From IMG/VR virus record IMGVR_UViG_3300038701_001123, positions 165 to 64,164 of that record: a DNA stretch of 64,000 nt. One strand, written 5' to 3'. Made by a program: the position numbers and the translations under genes. The stretch is from a virus. Within the stretch, counting starts at the first letter, position 1. Every line of letters starts with the position of its first letter. Below the pieces are notes generated by a model. The model made no database searches. It was not told where the DNA came from and saw nothing but the letters and a program-made list of their open reading frames with translations. Positions 43,152 to 53,678 of the stretch are shown here, in pieces.

Positions 43152-43603
43152 TAGCCTTCAAACACCCTGAAACCCTTGATCGAGGCACGAGCCTGGAGCA
43201 GAGCAGTTGCAACCATACCGGTCGGGAAAGCCTGACCGGGATACGGAATGTTATTCGAGATATAGATGGCAGTGGTCAGCCCAAGACCGCGCACACCAGA
43301 GACCGCATTGATGCGAGCGTTGCCAGCCGCGATCGCTGCGGCGGCATTCGCATTCTCAAGCATACCTGCGCCGTTGGCCTTACTTCCTTTCGGATACGGA
43401 GAGTAGGCTGGGATCACAGCGCGAGTTGGTGCGCCGATGCCTACCCGCCAGTTCGACCGGGCGACACCCTTGTCAACTTTCGTTCCTTGAACCAGCGAGC
43501 GAAGCGCCGCCTTGGAACTCTGCTTCACAATACGGGTCGCGGAGTTCTCTACCTGAGAACCCCGTTTCCTGATGTTCCGCGAAAATTGCGCAAGAGTTGC
43601 CAT
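43151..43603 (-). CDS. HK97 gp10-like tail completion protein
   Basis: T.VD.GVARSNWRVG, IYISNNIPY. Confidence 0.7.
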   Translation of the reverse strand: MATLAQFSRNIRKRGSQVENSATRIVKQSSKAALRSLVQGTKVDKGVARSNWRVGIGAPTRAVIPAYSPYPKGSKANGAGMLENANAAAAIAAGNARINAVSGVRGLGLTTAIYISNNIPYPGQAFPTGMVATALLQARASIKGFRVFEG

Positions 43604-43906
43604 TCACTTTTTCTTTCTAGCGAGATTTTTAAGATAGGCCGTATCCATCGCTTTGATGTGAATGTGCATAGCCTCAGTCTGTTCTTCGTCCAGTCCCTGC
43701 CTTTCACAGTAGTCTTGAACCGTTGTCCACCATATTGGGCCTGCGCCCATCCCTATTTGCCGACTGGCTTCAAGGGACATGAATGCGATGTAGTATAGTT
43801 CAAGCCCCGGCAGAAGGCTAGGGGCGTTTTTGATCTTTTCGGGTAGATCCCAACCGCTCCTAGCGCACTGTTCGATGATCTTCTGCTCAGCAGGTCCCTG
43901 ATCCAA
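43604..43906 (-). CDS. Tail assembly chaperone, frameshift extension (GT-type)
   Basis: In the -1 frame relative to 43924..44358; no own ATG. Confidence 0.75.
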   Translation of the reverse strand: MDQGPAEQKIIEQCARSGWDLPEKIKNAPSLLPGLELYYIAFMSLEASRQIGMGAGPIWWTTVQDYCERQGLDEEQTEAMHIHIKAMDTAYLKNLARKKK

Positions 43907-43923
43907 CTGGTAGATCAGGAACT

Positions 43924-44358
43924 CTACGAGTTTTTTGTTTCCTCCTCCAGTTCCGCACGGCGGAAGTTCGACAGAGACTGCGCCTGTTCCTGCACGTCCA
44001 TGAACAGACGCGGCAGATTGTGAAACGCTTCCTCCACATTTTCCTGATTGAAGGGGATGATGTTACCCTCTTTGTCTTCGATGCCCTGCGACCATTCACC
44101 ATCTTCGCCGCGAACTTCCCAATTCAGGACGATGGTCTTGGAATAGATGTCGGCCATCAGTGCCAAGGAGCGCTCGTTGCTCAGAGCACCGGCGTTCATG
44201 GCTTGGCGAACAGGCTTGAGTTTCTTCTCGGCATAGCGGACATAGTTCTTGTTGCCCTGACCGGCCGAGGCGATCAGCATACGGAAGTCACCATAGTCCA
44301 GCCAAACGCCGTTCTGTTCAAGGTTGCTGTCCGTCTCGAAAGTGTCGTACATTCCCAT
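43924..44358 (-). CDS. Tail assembly chaperone (G-type)
   Basis: Between tail tube and tape measure; GVWLDYGDF, IASAG.GNK.Y. Confidence 0.8.
   Translation of the reverse strand: MGMYDTFETDSNLEQNGVWLDYGDFRMLIASAGQGNKNYVRYAEKKLKPVRQAMNAGALSNERSLALMADIYSKTIVLNWEVRGEDGEWSQGIEDKEGNIIPFNQENVEEAFHNLPRLFMDVQEQAQSLSNFRRAELEEETKNS
43930..43936 (-). other. -1 programmed frameshift slippery heptamer A-AAA-AAC
   Basis: ACA AAA AAC TCG TAG at chaperone end; -1 slip reads KLVEFLIYQLDQGPAEQK into the next ORF. Confidence 0.8.
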
Positions 44359-44418
44359 CTTGAATATCCTCTCTTGGGTTATGTTGGGACGCCCAAGAAG
44401 TGGACGCCCCTATCTTGA

Positions 44419-45951
44419 TTACGCTGCGTTCGGCAGGTAGTTGAAGTAGGTGATCAGCATGGTGTGATCGAGGTTGGTATCAACGTCCTGACCGGAAGCC
44501 GCATCGGTGGTCAGGGGCAGCGTGATTGGCTGGTCAACCTCAACCGACAGACGACCATCACCAAGCGCGATGAGCGGCAGATCGAAGATGATGCCCTGAT
44601 TGTCACGAGCGAAGCCGATATCCAGTGTCACGTCGGAGTTGTTGCGAACAGCCTGCGTTGCCGCGACATCGGCGAAGTAGGCAGTCAGCGAACCCGAAAC
44701 AGTGAACGTACCAGCAGTCACGTCAAACGCGCCGAGGACACCCACCGCTTTGTTCGGTGTGACGTTGTTGTTGATGCTGATCGAACCTTCGGTGATGAAG
44801 GCGAACAGAGCAGCCGGAGCAGCATTCACATCAGAGACTGTGGACAGGCGAATGCGTGTCACGTCGCTGGAAGTGTTGTACTCTTTGGAAGCTGCTGCAT
44901 CCTGAACGCTGGCCTGTTTGGGTCCAGTCACGCCATCGCGCTGAGCATTGTCAGTTGCGACGAAGGTGATATCTGCATTCAGTAGATCGGCCGAGGGAAT
45001 GTTCAGCGTGAACTCATTCGGCACTGCACCGATCAGCACTTCTGACTGGATCTGAGCGGGAGCAGCATCGTCGGGTGCGCCGAGCGTCCGTTCAATGTTG
45101 TAGCTGCGCCGTTTGATCAGAGAGCCGGTTTCGTTACGGATAACGTCACCGAAGAAGATCCGCAGATCCACACCAGCGGCAGTCTCAGCAACCATCGCAG
45201 CGTCAGATTTGTCGATTTCCAGCCGTTGAGCCGCAATCGTACGGATCCGCTTGAAACCGTTGTTCACCGCGTTGGTGAATTGGTTCGCCGCGATATCACC
45301 GCCGAGGAAGATCCACTGGCCGGGGACAAGCCCAAGAGTGGTGAAGTCCAGCGCAGTTGAGGTCAGCGCAGGCAGAGAGCCAGAGACATCAACGTCGATA
45401 TCGCCGGTCGTGCCTTCATAACCAACGACGCGAATGTTCGCACCGGTCGGAGGCGAACCTTCAACGGTTGTTTGAGCCGCTGCGATCGTGGTGTCAGCGA
45501 CAACCGCTGTCACAACGTCCAGGCCGTTGTTTGCTGCGTTGGTGAAGCCCTGACCTTTGATCAGCGAGTTGACCAGGAAGCCGGTTGTCGAAGCGACTTC
45601 ATAATCAGTGCCGGTAACGCCGGTCGGCTCTTCGTAGCCTTTCTCGCGCTCGTCTGCAAACATCAGACCCTGCATCAGATCACGCAGGTTCGAGAAGGTG
45701 AAGTTGTGGTTGATCCCACCGCTGGCGTTCAGATCGGTGGTTACACCTTTCCGGCGCTGGCGCGAGGGATTGATCGGGTTGGGTGCCACGGTAATGATTT
45801 CACCGCCGAAATCATTGTAGCTGTTCGGATTGAGACGGTTCCAGACAGGAGTGCCTGCTTGACCGTTTTCACCGGGAAGACTGCCAAGTACCGCTTCCTC
45901 GGCGTATGCGAGGCCTGTGATATTGGAGTCGATCTTATTGACCTGTGCCAT
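44419..45951 (-). CDS. Major tail tube protein
   Basis: AEEAVLGSLP, PNPINPSRQRRKGVTTDLNASGG, TVSGSLTAYF. Confidence 0.85.
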   Translation of the reverse strand: MAQVNKIDSNITGLAYAEEAVLGSLPGENGQAGTPVWNRLNPNSYNDFGGEIITVAPNPINPSRQRRKGVTTDLNASGGINHNFTFSNLRDLMQGLMFADEREKGYEEPTGVTGTDYEVASTTGFLVNSLIKGQGFTNAANNGLDVVTAVVADTTIAAAQTTVEGSPPTGANIRVVGYEGTTGDIDVDVSGSLPALTSTALDFTTLGLVPGQWIFLGGDIAANQFTNAVNNGFKRIRTIAAQRLEIDKSDAAMVAETAAGVDLRIFFGDVIRNETGSLIKRRSYNIERTLGAPDDAAPAQIQSEVLIGAVPNEFTLNIPSADLLNADITFVATDNAQRDGVTGPKQASVQDAAASKEYNTSSDVTRIRLSTVSDVNAAPAALFAFITEGSISINNNVTPNKAVGVLGAFDVTAGTFTVSGSLTAYFADVAATQAVRNNSDVTLDIGFARDNQGIIFDLPLIALGDGRLSVEVDQPITLPLTTDAASGQDVDTNLDHTMLITYFNYLPNAA

Positions 45952-45963
45952 CTCTGGCCTCCT

Positions 45964-46380
45964 TTACTTAGTTTCGTAGTAAGAGAATTCCGCCAAGACT
46001 TGTGTCTGATGAAATTCTCCGTCGCGTCCTATCTCTTGTATACGAACGTTTCTGAACCAAACCCCATTAGGAGATGTGACGCCCTCGTACGCATCTGCCA
46101 CAGTTTTAGCCAAACTGTAAGACTCTGACAAGCCCTTTCCGATGGGAACAAAGACCGCCGCAATGGCTGTGCCTTGACGTTCGAAGTCTCGATTACCCAC
46201 GCCCCCGAGACTGGCTTGGCGACCAGACGCATGTCTGATCACAAATTGAACCCACGGATCCTCTGATGGATCTCGTTGGTCACGAACATTCTCCCAATGA
46301 ACCTTCACTCCAGAAGGAGTGATTGCATTGAGAAAGATCGTCTGAATATCGTCGATCGCTTGCTTGTAGGTCAGGCTCAT
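45964..46380 (-). CDS. Tail terminator-like protein
   Basis: Position; PWVQFVIRH, GVWFRN motifs. Confidence 0.7.
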   Translation of the reverse strand: MSLTYKQAIDDIQTIFLNAITPSGVKVHWENVRDQRDPSEDPWVQFVIRHASGRQASLGGVGNRDFERQGTAIAAVFVPIGKGLSESYSLAKTVADAYEGVTSPNGVWFRNVRIQEIGRDGEFHQTQVLAEFSYYETK

Positions 46381-46778
46381 CGTCTCACCGCTACAAAAGC
46401 CAGAAGCAGGGTCGTTGCAGGTTTCAGGACCTGTAGACCGATAATGCCCCAGCGACCATTGTCCTCGATATGTGTGAAGGTACGCAGATCATTGTTTTCC
46501 GGGAACACGATGGCGATCTGTTCAGAGAAGGCAATCACATCATCGAATTCGGTGCCTTCGCCCAAGGCGGTGACGCCAAACTGACGGACCGTGTTTGGAG
46601 GTACGAAAACACCATACAAAGGAACTTCCGTCGGTGGCGCTGCGACCTCATCTCCTGGGCCTTCCCACGGCTTGAGAGGATCTGCCTTAGTCTCAGCTTC
46701 ACGAATAAACGTGATCTGACGCCCGTTGGCTTCAACGAGACGCTTGGCAGTGGCAGCGAGTTTGACGTAGTCAACCAT
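46377..46778 (-). CDS. Head-tail joining (stopper) protein
   Basis: MVDYVKLAATAKRLVEANGR; position. Confidence 0.7.
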   Translation of the reverse strand: MVDYVKLAATAKRLVEANGRQITFIREAETKADPLKPWEGPGDEVAAPPTEVPLYGVFVPPNTVRQFGVTALGEGTEFDDVIAFSEQIAIVFPENNDLRTFTHIEDNGRWGIIGLQVLKPATTLLLAFVAVRR

Positions 46779-47287
46779 TAGCGATAGACCCCTCCATTCC
46801 CTGAAAGAGTGATCTGGCGCATAAGCTGATCTGCTTTCGCAACGATTGGATATTTGCGGCCAACTGCACCATCACCAGAACCGGACCATTCAGTCTCGGT
46901 TTCGATGGGACCAACTTTCTCTTTCAGAAAAGTGATGCCGGGGCCAGACGAACCGTCGTTATCGAGGAACAGTCCATTGTTGTAGGAGAACCACGCATAT
47001 TCGACAGTCGCCCGGACTAGCGCTCGGGGGAGAGACACAGGATCAGTGATGAAATAGTCAGTTGGGAAGCACAGGGCTTGATCTTCGGAGATCTCTACGC
47101 CGGGAGCAGATTTGCCCCAGCGAATATCAATGTATTCCGTACCAAGACGGAGGTTCTGCTCGATCTGATCATCGGTCAAGGCCGTGACATCGATGCCGCG
47201 ATCGGCGAAATACGACTTGAAGAATGCAACGTCTGCATAAGACTCTGCGTTGTCCAGCCCTGTTGCGTCTTCTACGACGAGTGCCAT
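46778..47287 (-). CDS. Head-tail adaptor protein
   Basis: MALVVEDATGLDNAESYA, QALCFP, KEKVGPIETE. Confidence 0.75.
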   Translation of the reverse strand: MALVVEDATGLDNAESYADVAFFKSYFADRGIDVTALTDDQIEQNLRLGTEYIDIRWGKSAPGVEISEDQALCFPTDYFITDPVSLPRALVRATVEYAWFSYNNGLFLDNDGSSGPGITFLKEKVGPIETETEWSGSGDGAVGRKYPIVAKADQLMRQITLSGNGGVYR

Positions 47288-47392
47288 TTAGATCTCCTAT
47301 GGAGCAGATTGACGGGCACGGCGTCGTTTCCTCGCATAATAGAGAAAAGCCTGCATTCTACGAGAAAAGCGACGTCGTGCCATTTTCTTTCC

Positions 47393-47953
47393 TTACATTT
47401 TCGGCCGGACTTTTTTCTCAGTGGCCTTGGCTTCGTCCAGGGGAGAACGGGGTGGCTTGCCGGTGAGCAGAGCCTTGTTCGCGTTGAAGTCAGCAACACG
47501 AGCGGCGCGAGAAGTGTTGGAAGCATTGATCGCATCCATGATATGCCGCTGGTTCGCTTGACGGTCATAGGTCTGCTTCATCAGACGATTAGTCGTCTCA
47601 TTCAGCACACGGCCCGCCTCGGCTTCTGCTTCTTTGGCTTTCGCCAGATCAGCCACCGATTTGTCGTAGGCCTCTTGGGCAGCAACGATCTCTGGATGAT
47701 TGTAACCCTCGGTGTTTTCTTCCTCAGCTTCGACCTCCGGTTGCTCTTCCTCCGGCTCGTCCTCAGAGACATCAAAATTCTCACGTGAGAACTTCGGAGC
47801 AGCATCGATGATGTCGGCCCGTTTCAGGTTTTCGATTTCGCCGAGTTCGGCAACCTTGTCCACCTTGGGCGCACCGTCGGTTGTCCACTGTTCATCATCC
47901 ATCGAGTCCATCATCATCAGGGCGTCGCGGATTTTATCCTTCATATCATCCAT
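47393..47953 (-). CDS. Hypothetical protein in head module
   Basis: AGGAG RBS; DEQWTTDGAPKV motif. Confidence 0.7.
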   Translation of the reverse strand: MDDMKDKIRDALMMMDSMDDEQWTTDGAPKVDKVAELGEIENLKRADIIDAAPKFSRENFDVSEDEPEEEQPEVEAEEENTEGYNHPEIVAAQEAYDKSVADLAKAKEAEAEAGRVLNETTNRLMKQTYDRQANQRHIMDAINASNTSRAARVADFNANKALLTGKPPRSPLDEAKATEKKVRPKM

Positions 47954-47963
47954 GGTTATCTCC

Positions 47964-48347
47964 TTACTCCAGGATCACGATGGTCTGGGTGCCAGTACCA
48001 TCGTCGGTGAATGCGACTGTGTTCGTCGCAGCAGCCGCGTCACCCTTGGTCGGATGAAGCGTGTAGAGGTTGACCCCTGCATCGGCGAGCCAGTACAGAG
48101 TTCCGGCCTCAAGCCCAAGAGGAAGGTCGTCACCGTAGACCAGAACGCGGGGATTGCCTGCGGCGAGAGTATCCTCGCCAGCAACCGTGAGTTCATTCGT
48201 CGCGTTGGCTGCGGTGAAGGTGTATTCGGGGAAACGGCCTGCGGGATCGATGTCGCCGTTTACGAGATCAGACTTCAGATGATCAAGGCGATCACGAGCC
48301 AGTCCTTTCAGCGAACGATGACGCAGATTGCGAAGACGTGCGGTCAT
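47964..48347 (-). CDS. Putative head decoration / virion protein
   Basis: Directly after MCP; LPLGLEAGTLYW..., AFTDDGTGT. Confidence 0.6.
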   Translation of the reverse strand: MTARLRNLRHRSLKGLARDRLDHLKSDLVNGDIDPAGRFPEYTFTAANATNELTVAGEDTLAAGNPRVLVYGDDLPLGLEAGTLYWLADAGVNLYTLHPTKGDAAAATNTVAFTDDGTGTQTIVILE

Positions 48348-48374
48348 GATTTTCTCCAATCGCCTGATGCGGTA

Positions 48375-48394
48375 GGGAGGCCCGTAGGCCTCCC
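48375..48394 (-). terminator. Hairpin after major capsid gene
   Basis: GGGAGGCC-TACG-GGCCTCCC (UNCG-type loop on minus strand), no strong U tract. Confidence 0.55.
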
Positions 48395-48401
48395 CGTAAG
48401 A

Positions 48402-49445
48402 TTACGACTCGCGGGTGATGAGGCGAGCGATCTTGATCTGCTTCCGTTCCGGGAAGCGCCGCTGCCAGGAAGTCGCACCCGCCAGAACCGCGTTGGTCGG
48501 ACCACCCTCCGGCGTTGCGCCGACGTAGGCGTGACCCTTGGGGTGGAAGCCCCAGCGAACACGGTTGTAGAGGATTTCCTGACCGGCACCGTTACCGGCA
48601 CCCGGCTGATTGTCGACCTCGACCGGTTTGTCGGGCGAACCCTGAGCAAACACAACTGCGCCAGCGCCGAACAGCCACGTCTCGTAGACACCACCAGCCG
48701 CAGGCAGGGCATCGTCCACGATGACTTCACGACCGAGGAACGTCGGGATCTGAACGGCCTGACCGTTCACCGAGTCCGGAATGAAGTCAATCAGGTTGTT
48801 CTTCAGCGCGCGAGCGTAGACCACCGAGTGCATCATGCACATGGACAGATCTTCCATGCTGTCGCCCATCGTCAGGGTGGTGTCGATGAAGGCTTCGGCC
48901 GAGAAGTCGGTCACACCTGCAACGTAACCGCCGCCGGAGATGTCGTTGGTCATGTCGTTTTGAACGTGCTCGGAACCTGCCGGAGCAGCCGCGTTGTCGG
49001 CGAAAACGCCGTTCACCACGGAGATGAAGCACGCTTGCTGACGACGAACCCAATAATCGGCGACGCGCGACTGGATCGCACCCATCGGGTCATCGCCAGA
49101 CAGCAGCTTCGCCAGTTTGGTTGCGGTCCACGAGTTGTTGCGCTCGAGGCGAACGGCAATCTCGTTGAAGGTGCTGATTTTGTTCGGGGTGGGATCAACC
49201 ACACCGCCGGTGAAGGTGTTGCGAACGCTTTCATCGGCGACCCGTTCTTCGTCGTTGTCCAGGTCGTCGTAGGTCGGCATGTTGAAGGTAAGTCCGCCAC
49301 CATTCAGCTTGTCGGTCATCTCGTCGTCAGTGACCACAGCGCCCGAACGGATGAGGCGGGATTTTTCTTCGGTCTCTTCCAGTGCGTAGGGAGCGAAGAT
49401 TTCCGGGACAATGATGTCCGCGATGGAAGTGTGTCCAGAGGCCAT
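48402..49445 (-). CDS. Major capsid protein
   Basis: IADIIVPEIF, GGLTFNMP, DPMGAIQSRVADYW, MHSVVY, TFLGREVIVDD. Confidence 0.9.
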   Translation of the reverse strand: MASGHTSIADIIVPEIFAPYALEETEEKSRLIRSGAVVTDDEMTDKLNGGGLTFNMPTYDDLDNDEERVADESVRNTFTGGVVDPTPNKISTFNEIAVRLERNNSWTATKLAKLLSGDDPMGAIQSRVADYWVRRQQACFISVVNGVFADNAAAPAGSEHVQNDMTNDISGGGYVAGVTDFSAEAFIDTTLTMGDSMEDLSMCMMHSVVYARALKNNLIDFIPDSVNGQAVQIPTFLGREVIVDDALPAAGGVYETWLFGAGAVVFAQGSPDKPVEVDNQPGAGNGAGQEILYNRVRWGFHPKGHAYVGATPEGGPTNAVLAGATSWQRRFPERKQIKIARLITRES

Positions 49446-49584
49446 GGAGTCAGGTCCTTTCCTATGTTTTCATGGCTAGAGAGAATTCGCTAGTCCCATG
49501 ACCAGCCGGATTGAATTGCCAAACGTCAGTCCCATGACCACGTTTGACAATTCTATACATCACGCTGCGTCGAAGCGCAACAGG

Positions 49585-50415
49585 TTATTTGCTCGGAGCC
49601 GGCTTCGGTCCACCGATGGTGGTTCCCGCAGCTTTCGCCAGACGGGTTGCCAGATCACGATCTTTCCGCAGAATTTGACCCTGAGAGGTCGCATTCCAGG
49701 TTTCAGCTTTCCAAGGGTTAGCTTCACCTTGGCCGAGACCGGTTCCACCGCCAGCACCACCGCCTTCGCTCGCAGGCCACCAGTGGGGACGCATCTTCTG
49801 CATTTCCTTGAGGAATTGCTTGACATCCACGCCGGGCGTCACATCTTTGACATCGGCCTTGGTCACGAAATCGCCAGCTTCGTTGCGTTCCAGATACATT
49901 CCGGCAACCATTTCCACGTCGGGAATGGCGGTCGAAATCACCTTCATTTCCGTAGCGACAGCCCGCACCGCATCGTTCCGGTCACGAGTTTCGATCTGGC
50001 CTTTGAGGACATCGTTCTCCACTCGGGCTGTGTCGCGTTCCTCGGTCAGGGTTTTGACCTGACGCTCCAGCGGAGCAGTCTTCTGGGTCAGTCGGCCCTC
50101 AACGAGTTTGTTGATCTGTTCTTCGTCCAGCTTGCCTTCGGCCGCAGCTTCAAGTTCTGCGATGCGATCCAGCTTGGCTTGGACATCGGCAATTTCGCCC
50201 AGAGAGGACCACGGGGTCAGCGCGTCTTTCGCTTTCTTGTGGTCTTCACGCTCTTTGCGCAGTGCCTCTTGGACGCTGGTTACGTCCTTTTGGGTCTTCA
50301 TGCCGTTGACGCCAGCAAGGTTGAATTTGCCGTCGACTTCGTCATAGAGTCCCTTGAAACCCTCCGGGATTGCTTCCGCAGAGTCGTAGGTCAGGTCAAG
50401 TGTAACGTCAGGCAT
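49585..50415 (-). CDS. Scaffold protein
   Basis: Coiled coil between portal and MCP; AAGGAGG RBS. Confidence 0.75.
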   Translation of the reverse strand: MPDVTLDLTYDSAEAIPEGFKGLYDEVDGKFNLAGVNGMKTQKDVTSVQEALRKEREDHKKAKDALTPWSSLGEIADVQAKLDRIAELEAAAEGKLDEEQINKLVEGRLTQKTAPLERQVKTLTEERDTARVENDVLKGQIETRDRNDAVRAVATEMKVISTAIPDVEMVAGMYLERNEAGDFVTKADVKDVTPGVDVKQFLKEMQKMRPHWWPASEGGGAGGGTGLGQGEANPWKAETWNATSQGQILRKDRDLATRLAKAAGTTIGGPKPAPSK

Positions 50416-50476
50416 CCATATGCCTCCTTCTGATATGAGAGACACCACTGTCTCTCGGTTATTGAGGGATCACCCC

Positions 50477-50590
50477 TCAGAAAATGATGCCGCCCACAAA
50501 AGCGCAGCCAGCACCGAACATGACAGTGTAGAGTGGATGAGCAATCCACGCCTGATAGAGCCAGTCTTTGAAACCGTTCCAGATACCCAT
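50477..50590 (-). CDS. Small membrane protein (37 aa)
   Basis: TAATG overlap with portal stop; MGIWNGFKDWLYQAW...FVGGIIF. Confidence 0.5.
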   Translation of the reverse strand: MGIWNGFKDWLYQAWIAHPLYTVMFGAGCAFVGGIIF

Positions 50591-52104
50591 TATTGACCTC
50601 CGTCTTTTGCGGTTTCACGAGCCGATTTGTCATCGTCCGTGTCATCGCCGGGTTGATTTTGATCTGCCCCCGCCATGTCCGGTTTCGCCGGAACTGCAAA
50701 TGGGTGATCCTCTTCTTTCTCTTTCGCTGCTTCCGCCATCTCCTCGTCAAAGGTACGGACAGTGATACGGCGCTTCATAGCGAGATCATGCAGTGAGCGG
50801 GCACTGATCGGGAACCCAAGAGTACGGGCTGTCGCCATCTCGACCATAGTCTGGCCGGTGAGCGGCATTTCACCGAATTCTTTGTTCGCCGTGACTTTCA
50901 CTTCTTCTGGATCTTCGTCCATCCAAACAGCACAGGTGCGAAGGATCTCTTCGAGCGCGGCTGCGCCCGCATCAGCGATTTGGTTCAGATCAGCGGTACG
51001 AGCAGCAACGCGCTGACGCATACTGTCACCGCTCTCACGCTCGCGGCTGGTGCTGTCAAGCGTCTGTGCGCCCATCGTGCCAGCGCGGCTCTCCAGCTTG
51101 TCCAGTGCTTGGCGTTGTTCAGCGAGGCCGGAACTCTGGACGCCGACATACTTCGCATCGCCGCCCTGAGGCAGATCCACCCGTGCGCCAGCGCCCGTCC
51201 GGACTGCATCGTCTTCGTCAAATGCACCACCAATCGTGACGAATGTGTCCTGCCCTTGCATGAACAGGTTCTGTCGGTAGTCTGCATCGGAACGATACAT
51301 GGTGAGACACAGGTTCGACAGGTCCAGAAGGACTGGATCGTCTGGCTCAGCGGTGATATCGATTGAATTGAGGATGACAAAGGGTATCTTCTCGAGACTG
51401 CGACCTTTGTACGACGGAGTGATCATGGAACTCTCGTCAAATCCGGTATCAGTGAAAAGACCCTGTTTGTAGACTCCATCGGGGTTGTTTTCGTCCGCCT
51501 TGCCCAGAACGAGGACACGGAACTGCGTCTCCTTGTCCCACATGAAGTTCTCTTTGCGGATATTGGTACTTTCGTCCAGAACCACCAGATTGAGTTCGTC
51601 GAAGGTGAGTTCAGTGGCTCCAGTGTCCCAATTGATGATGCGTTCGGCACCATACAGCGAAAGAATGGGCTGGTCAGGGCCATCTCCGGGTTTCAGCGGC
51701 AGATCAGCCATAAGGCCGACACGTCCCGTCAGAAGCTGTTCAAAATTGATCCGACGGAGGAAATCTTCCAGTTTTTCATTCCGACTGGACCGAATGTTCT
51801 TCATGGCCTCCGGCAACTCAATTCGAGGCGGCTGATTGTGCATCATACCGACTGCCATCTGCACAGCTTCGCGAACAAAGTTGTGATAACGAGCTCTCGT
51901 CTTGTATGCCTCGTAGGCTTGATAACCGATAGCCTGATCGTTGTTGCCGCCGTATCCATCCTGAATATGACCGCTCGTGGCGGGCAGATAGGTCGTGCTT
52001 TGGGATTTCACGCGCCGCTCACCTTTATAGGTGTCGCGCATCTGCTTCCAATCAGGAAGATGATCGGTGTAGAGCGGGTGAGTGGAGGCGAGTGTTGTAG
52101 ACAT
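50590..52104 (-). CDS. Portal protein (DUF4055-like)
   Basis: HPLY...W, YLP, Y..YK.RA.Y.N, IPFV, ESGDS. Confidence 0.88.
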   Translation of the reverse strand: MSTTLASTHPLYTDHLPDWKQMRDTYKGERRVKSQSTTYLPATSGHIQDGYGGNNDQAIGYQAYEAYKTRARYHNFVREAVQMAVGMMHNQPPRIELPEAMKNIRSSRNEKLEDFLRRINFEQLLTGRVGLMADLPLKPGDGPDQPILSLYGAERIINWDTGATELTFDELNLVVLDESTNIRKENFMWDKETQFRVLVLGKADENNPDGVYKQGLFTDTGFDESSMITPSYKGRSLEKIPFVILNSIDITAEPDDPVLLDLSNLCLTMYRSDADYRQNLFMQGQDTFVTIGGAFDEDDAVRTGAGARVDLPQGGDAKYVGVQSSGLAEQRQALDKLESRAGTMGAQTLDSTSRERESGDSMRQRVAARTADLNQIADAGAAALEEILRTCAVWMDEDPEEVKVTANKEFGEMPLTGQTMVEMATARTLGFPISARSLHDLAMKRRITVRTFDEEMAEAAKEKEEDHPFAVPAKPDMAGADQNQPGDDTDDDKSARETAKDGGQ

Positions 52105-52157
52105 AGCGAAGAACCTAGCAGATGAGGGGTTTCATGGCAAGCAGTATTTGTCTCTGA

Positions 52158-53678
52158 TCAGTGGTTTCCTGTTGTTGTTCCACTTTTGCCGATTTGGCCC
52201 TGCGATCGGATGAAATAACGCGCTTCGTCAGCGATATGGTCCTCTGCGTCCGTATTTACGTCATCTGGCTCCTTTTCATCGCGAGGAAGCACAGGTACGG
52301 TCTCAATAAAGGACGTGCAGTTGGAAAATACGAACAAAGCGGCCTTTTCTCGGGGAAAAATCGCCACAACTTCGTTATTTTCGTCCAATTTCTTGTTCGG
52401 ACCGGCATTTTTCAGCATTTGTCGCATCTGAGTCCAGCCCGTGATGCGACTTCCCGGCCTTTTGTCGGCCGGTTGCCACTGAATTCCAGGATATTTGTTC
52501 CCATCGTCCAATCGGACCTTAACTTTCATGTCCGTTGCGATGCAATTTCCGTTTTCAGCGGCGAAAATCTGACTATCGGCGATCCCACCCTTGACGCGGC
52601 ACCATGTAGTCCCGCGTTCACGCCATCCCCACTCCAATTCTCGCTTGACAATTCCTTCTGCGATCTCCGAAGCAAGGATATTGAGACCCTCGTTGGGTTT
52701 GTTGGGCTGACAGCCGTACCATTCTTTGATCCGGAACACGTCTCCCTTGATTGTGGACCTCCAACTGCCATCTTGAAGCTGAACGTCCTCACCATTACTG
52801 ATCGCCCACCAGCCGACGGAGAACGGTTTCGAGGCTCCCCAGTCGAAACTCCTCGTTATCCTCCACCGGTCCGGAATAAAGAACGGTTTTACGATGTTGT
52901 ACTTAGGATCCCAGACATCATCGAACATGCCTCCGGAGACGATATCCCAAGAGCCGTCGAGCCACGCCTTCTTCTGCGCCTCGTTGTCGGCCGAAGCGGC
53001 GATTTTCTGCTTGTACTCTGGGTCAGCTTCCAGCAGCGCACGGTTTTCGTCGATGTGAGACTTGATACTCAAGCGCGAGGGTTCCTTCAGACCATCCTCA
53101 TCGATCAGATCTTTCCGTACAACCATGTTCAGGCTGTGAGGCTTGAAGCGGTGCTTCACCCAATTGTGTCCAGGCCCAGAAGGGTTCGTGGTGGCTCGGA
53201 CCATACGCGGCATTCCGGTCATGGAACTCCGGCAGCAGGAGAACATCTTCTTGTAGCCCTTGTCATTGGGCCAGTTGCAGAGTTCTTCCCAGCCGATCCA
53301 CGGATATTCGTGGCCGTGATAGTTCCAATAGTCGTCCTCTTTTGCGAACTGACGGAGCAACAGTTGCTCACCAGTCGGCCAAGTCCAAGTGTGTTCGGAG
53401 TGGTTGAACTTCGCCTCCGGCCAAATCTGTGGGATCCACTTCTTCGTCTTCGAAATAACGTCCGTCAACTGCTTATAGGTCTGACGGAAGAGGATCCCTT
53501 TCCAGGCCGCACCGTACCCCTTGCCGACGTGCATACAGAAAGACATGAGGAGGCAATCTGTCTTGCCGCCACCACGGGTCCCTTCAAAGAGGACTTCGAA
53601 GATGGGACTGCTCGCAAGAAAAGCCTCTTGCGAACCGGGCATCGGCCTCCAGATAACATTGGATGGATACTTGGTCAT
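52158..53678 (-). CDS. terL: Terminase large subunit
   Basis: FEGTRGGGKT Walker A, WIGWEEL, RATTNPSGPG, FDWGASKPF, AEDHIADEARY. Confidence 0.95.
   Translation of the reverse strand: MTKYPSNVIWRPMPGSQEAFLASSPIFEVLFEGTRGGGKTDCLLMSFCMHVGKGYGAAWKGILFRQTYKQLTDVISKTKKWIPQIWPEAKFNHSEHTWTWPTGEQLLLRQFAKEDDYWNYHGHEYPWIGWEELCNWPNDKGYKKMFSCCRSSMTGMPRMVRATTNPSGPGHNWVKHRFKPHSLNMVVRKDLIDEDGLKEPSRLSIKSHIDENRALLEADPEYKQKIAASADNEAQKKAWLDGSWDIVSGGMFDDVWDPKYNIVKPFFIPDRWRITRSFDWGASKPFSVGWWAISNGEDVQLQDGSWRSTIKGDVFRIKEWYGCQPNKPNEGLNILASEIAEGIVKRELEWGWRERGTTWCRVKGGIADSQIFAAENGNCIATDMKVKVRLDDGNKYPGIQWQPADKRPGSRITGWTQMRQMLKNAGPNKKLDENNEVVAIFPREKAALFVFSNCTSFIETVPVLPRDEKEPDDVNTDAEDHIADEARYFIRSQGQIGKSGTTTGNH

Noticed and set aside
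48690-48698. Fifth ACCACCAGC box
   Set aside because: No CGCTGGA 21 nt upstream and not in a GA/TC-free run; simply encodes part of AAGGV in the MCP.
47712-49493. 593-aa plus-strand ORF
   Set aside because: Antisense shadow of the MCP and neighbouring genes; no recognisable motifs; expected from codon bias.
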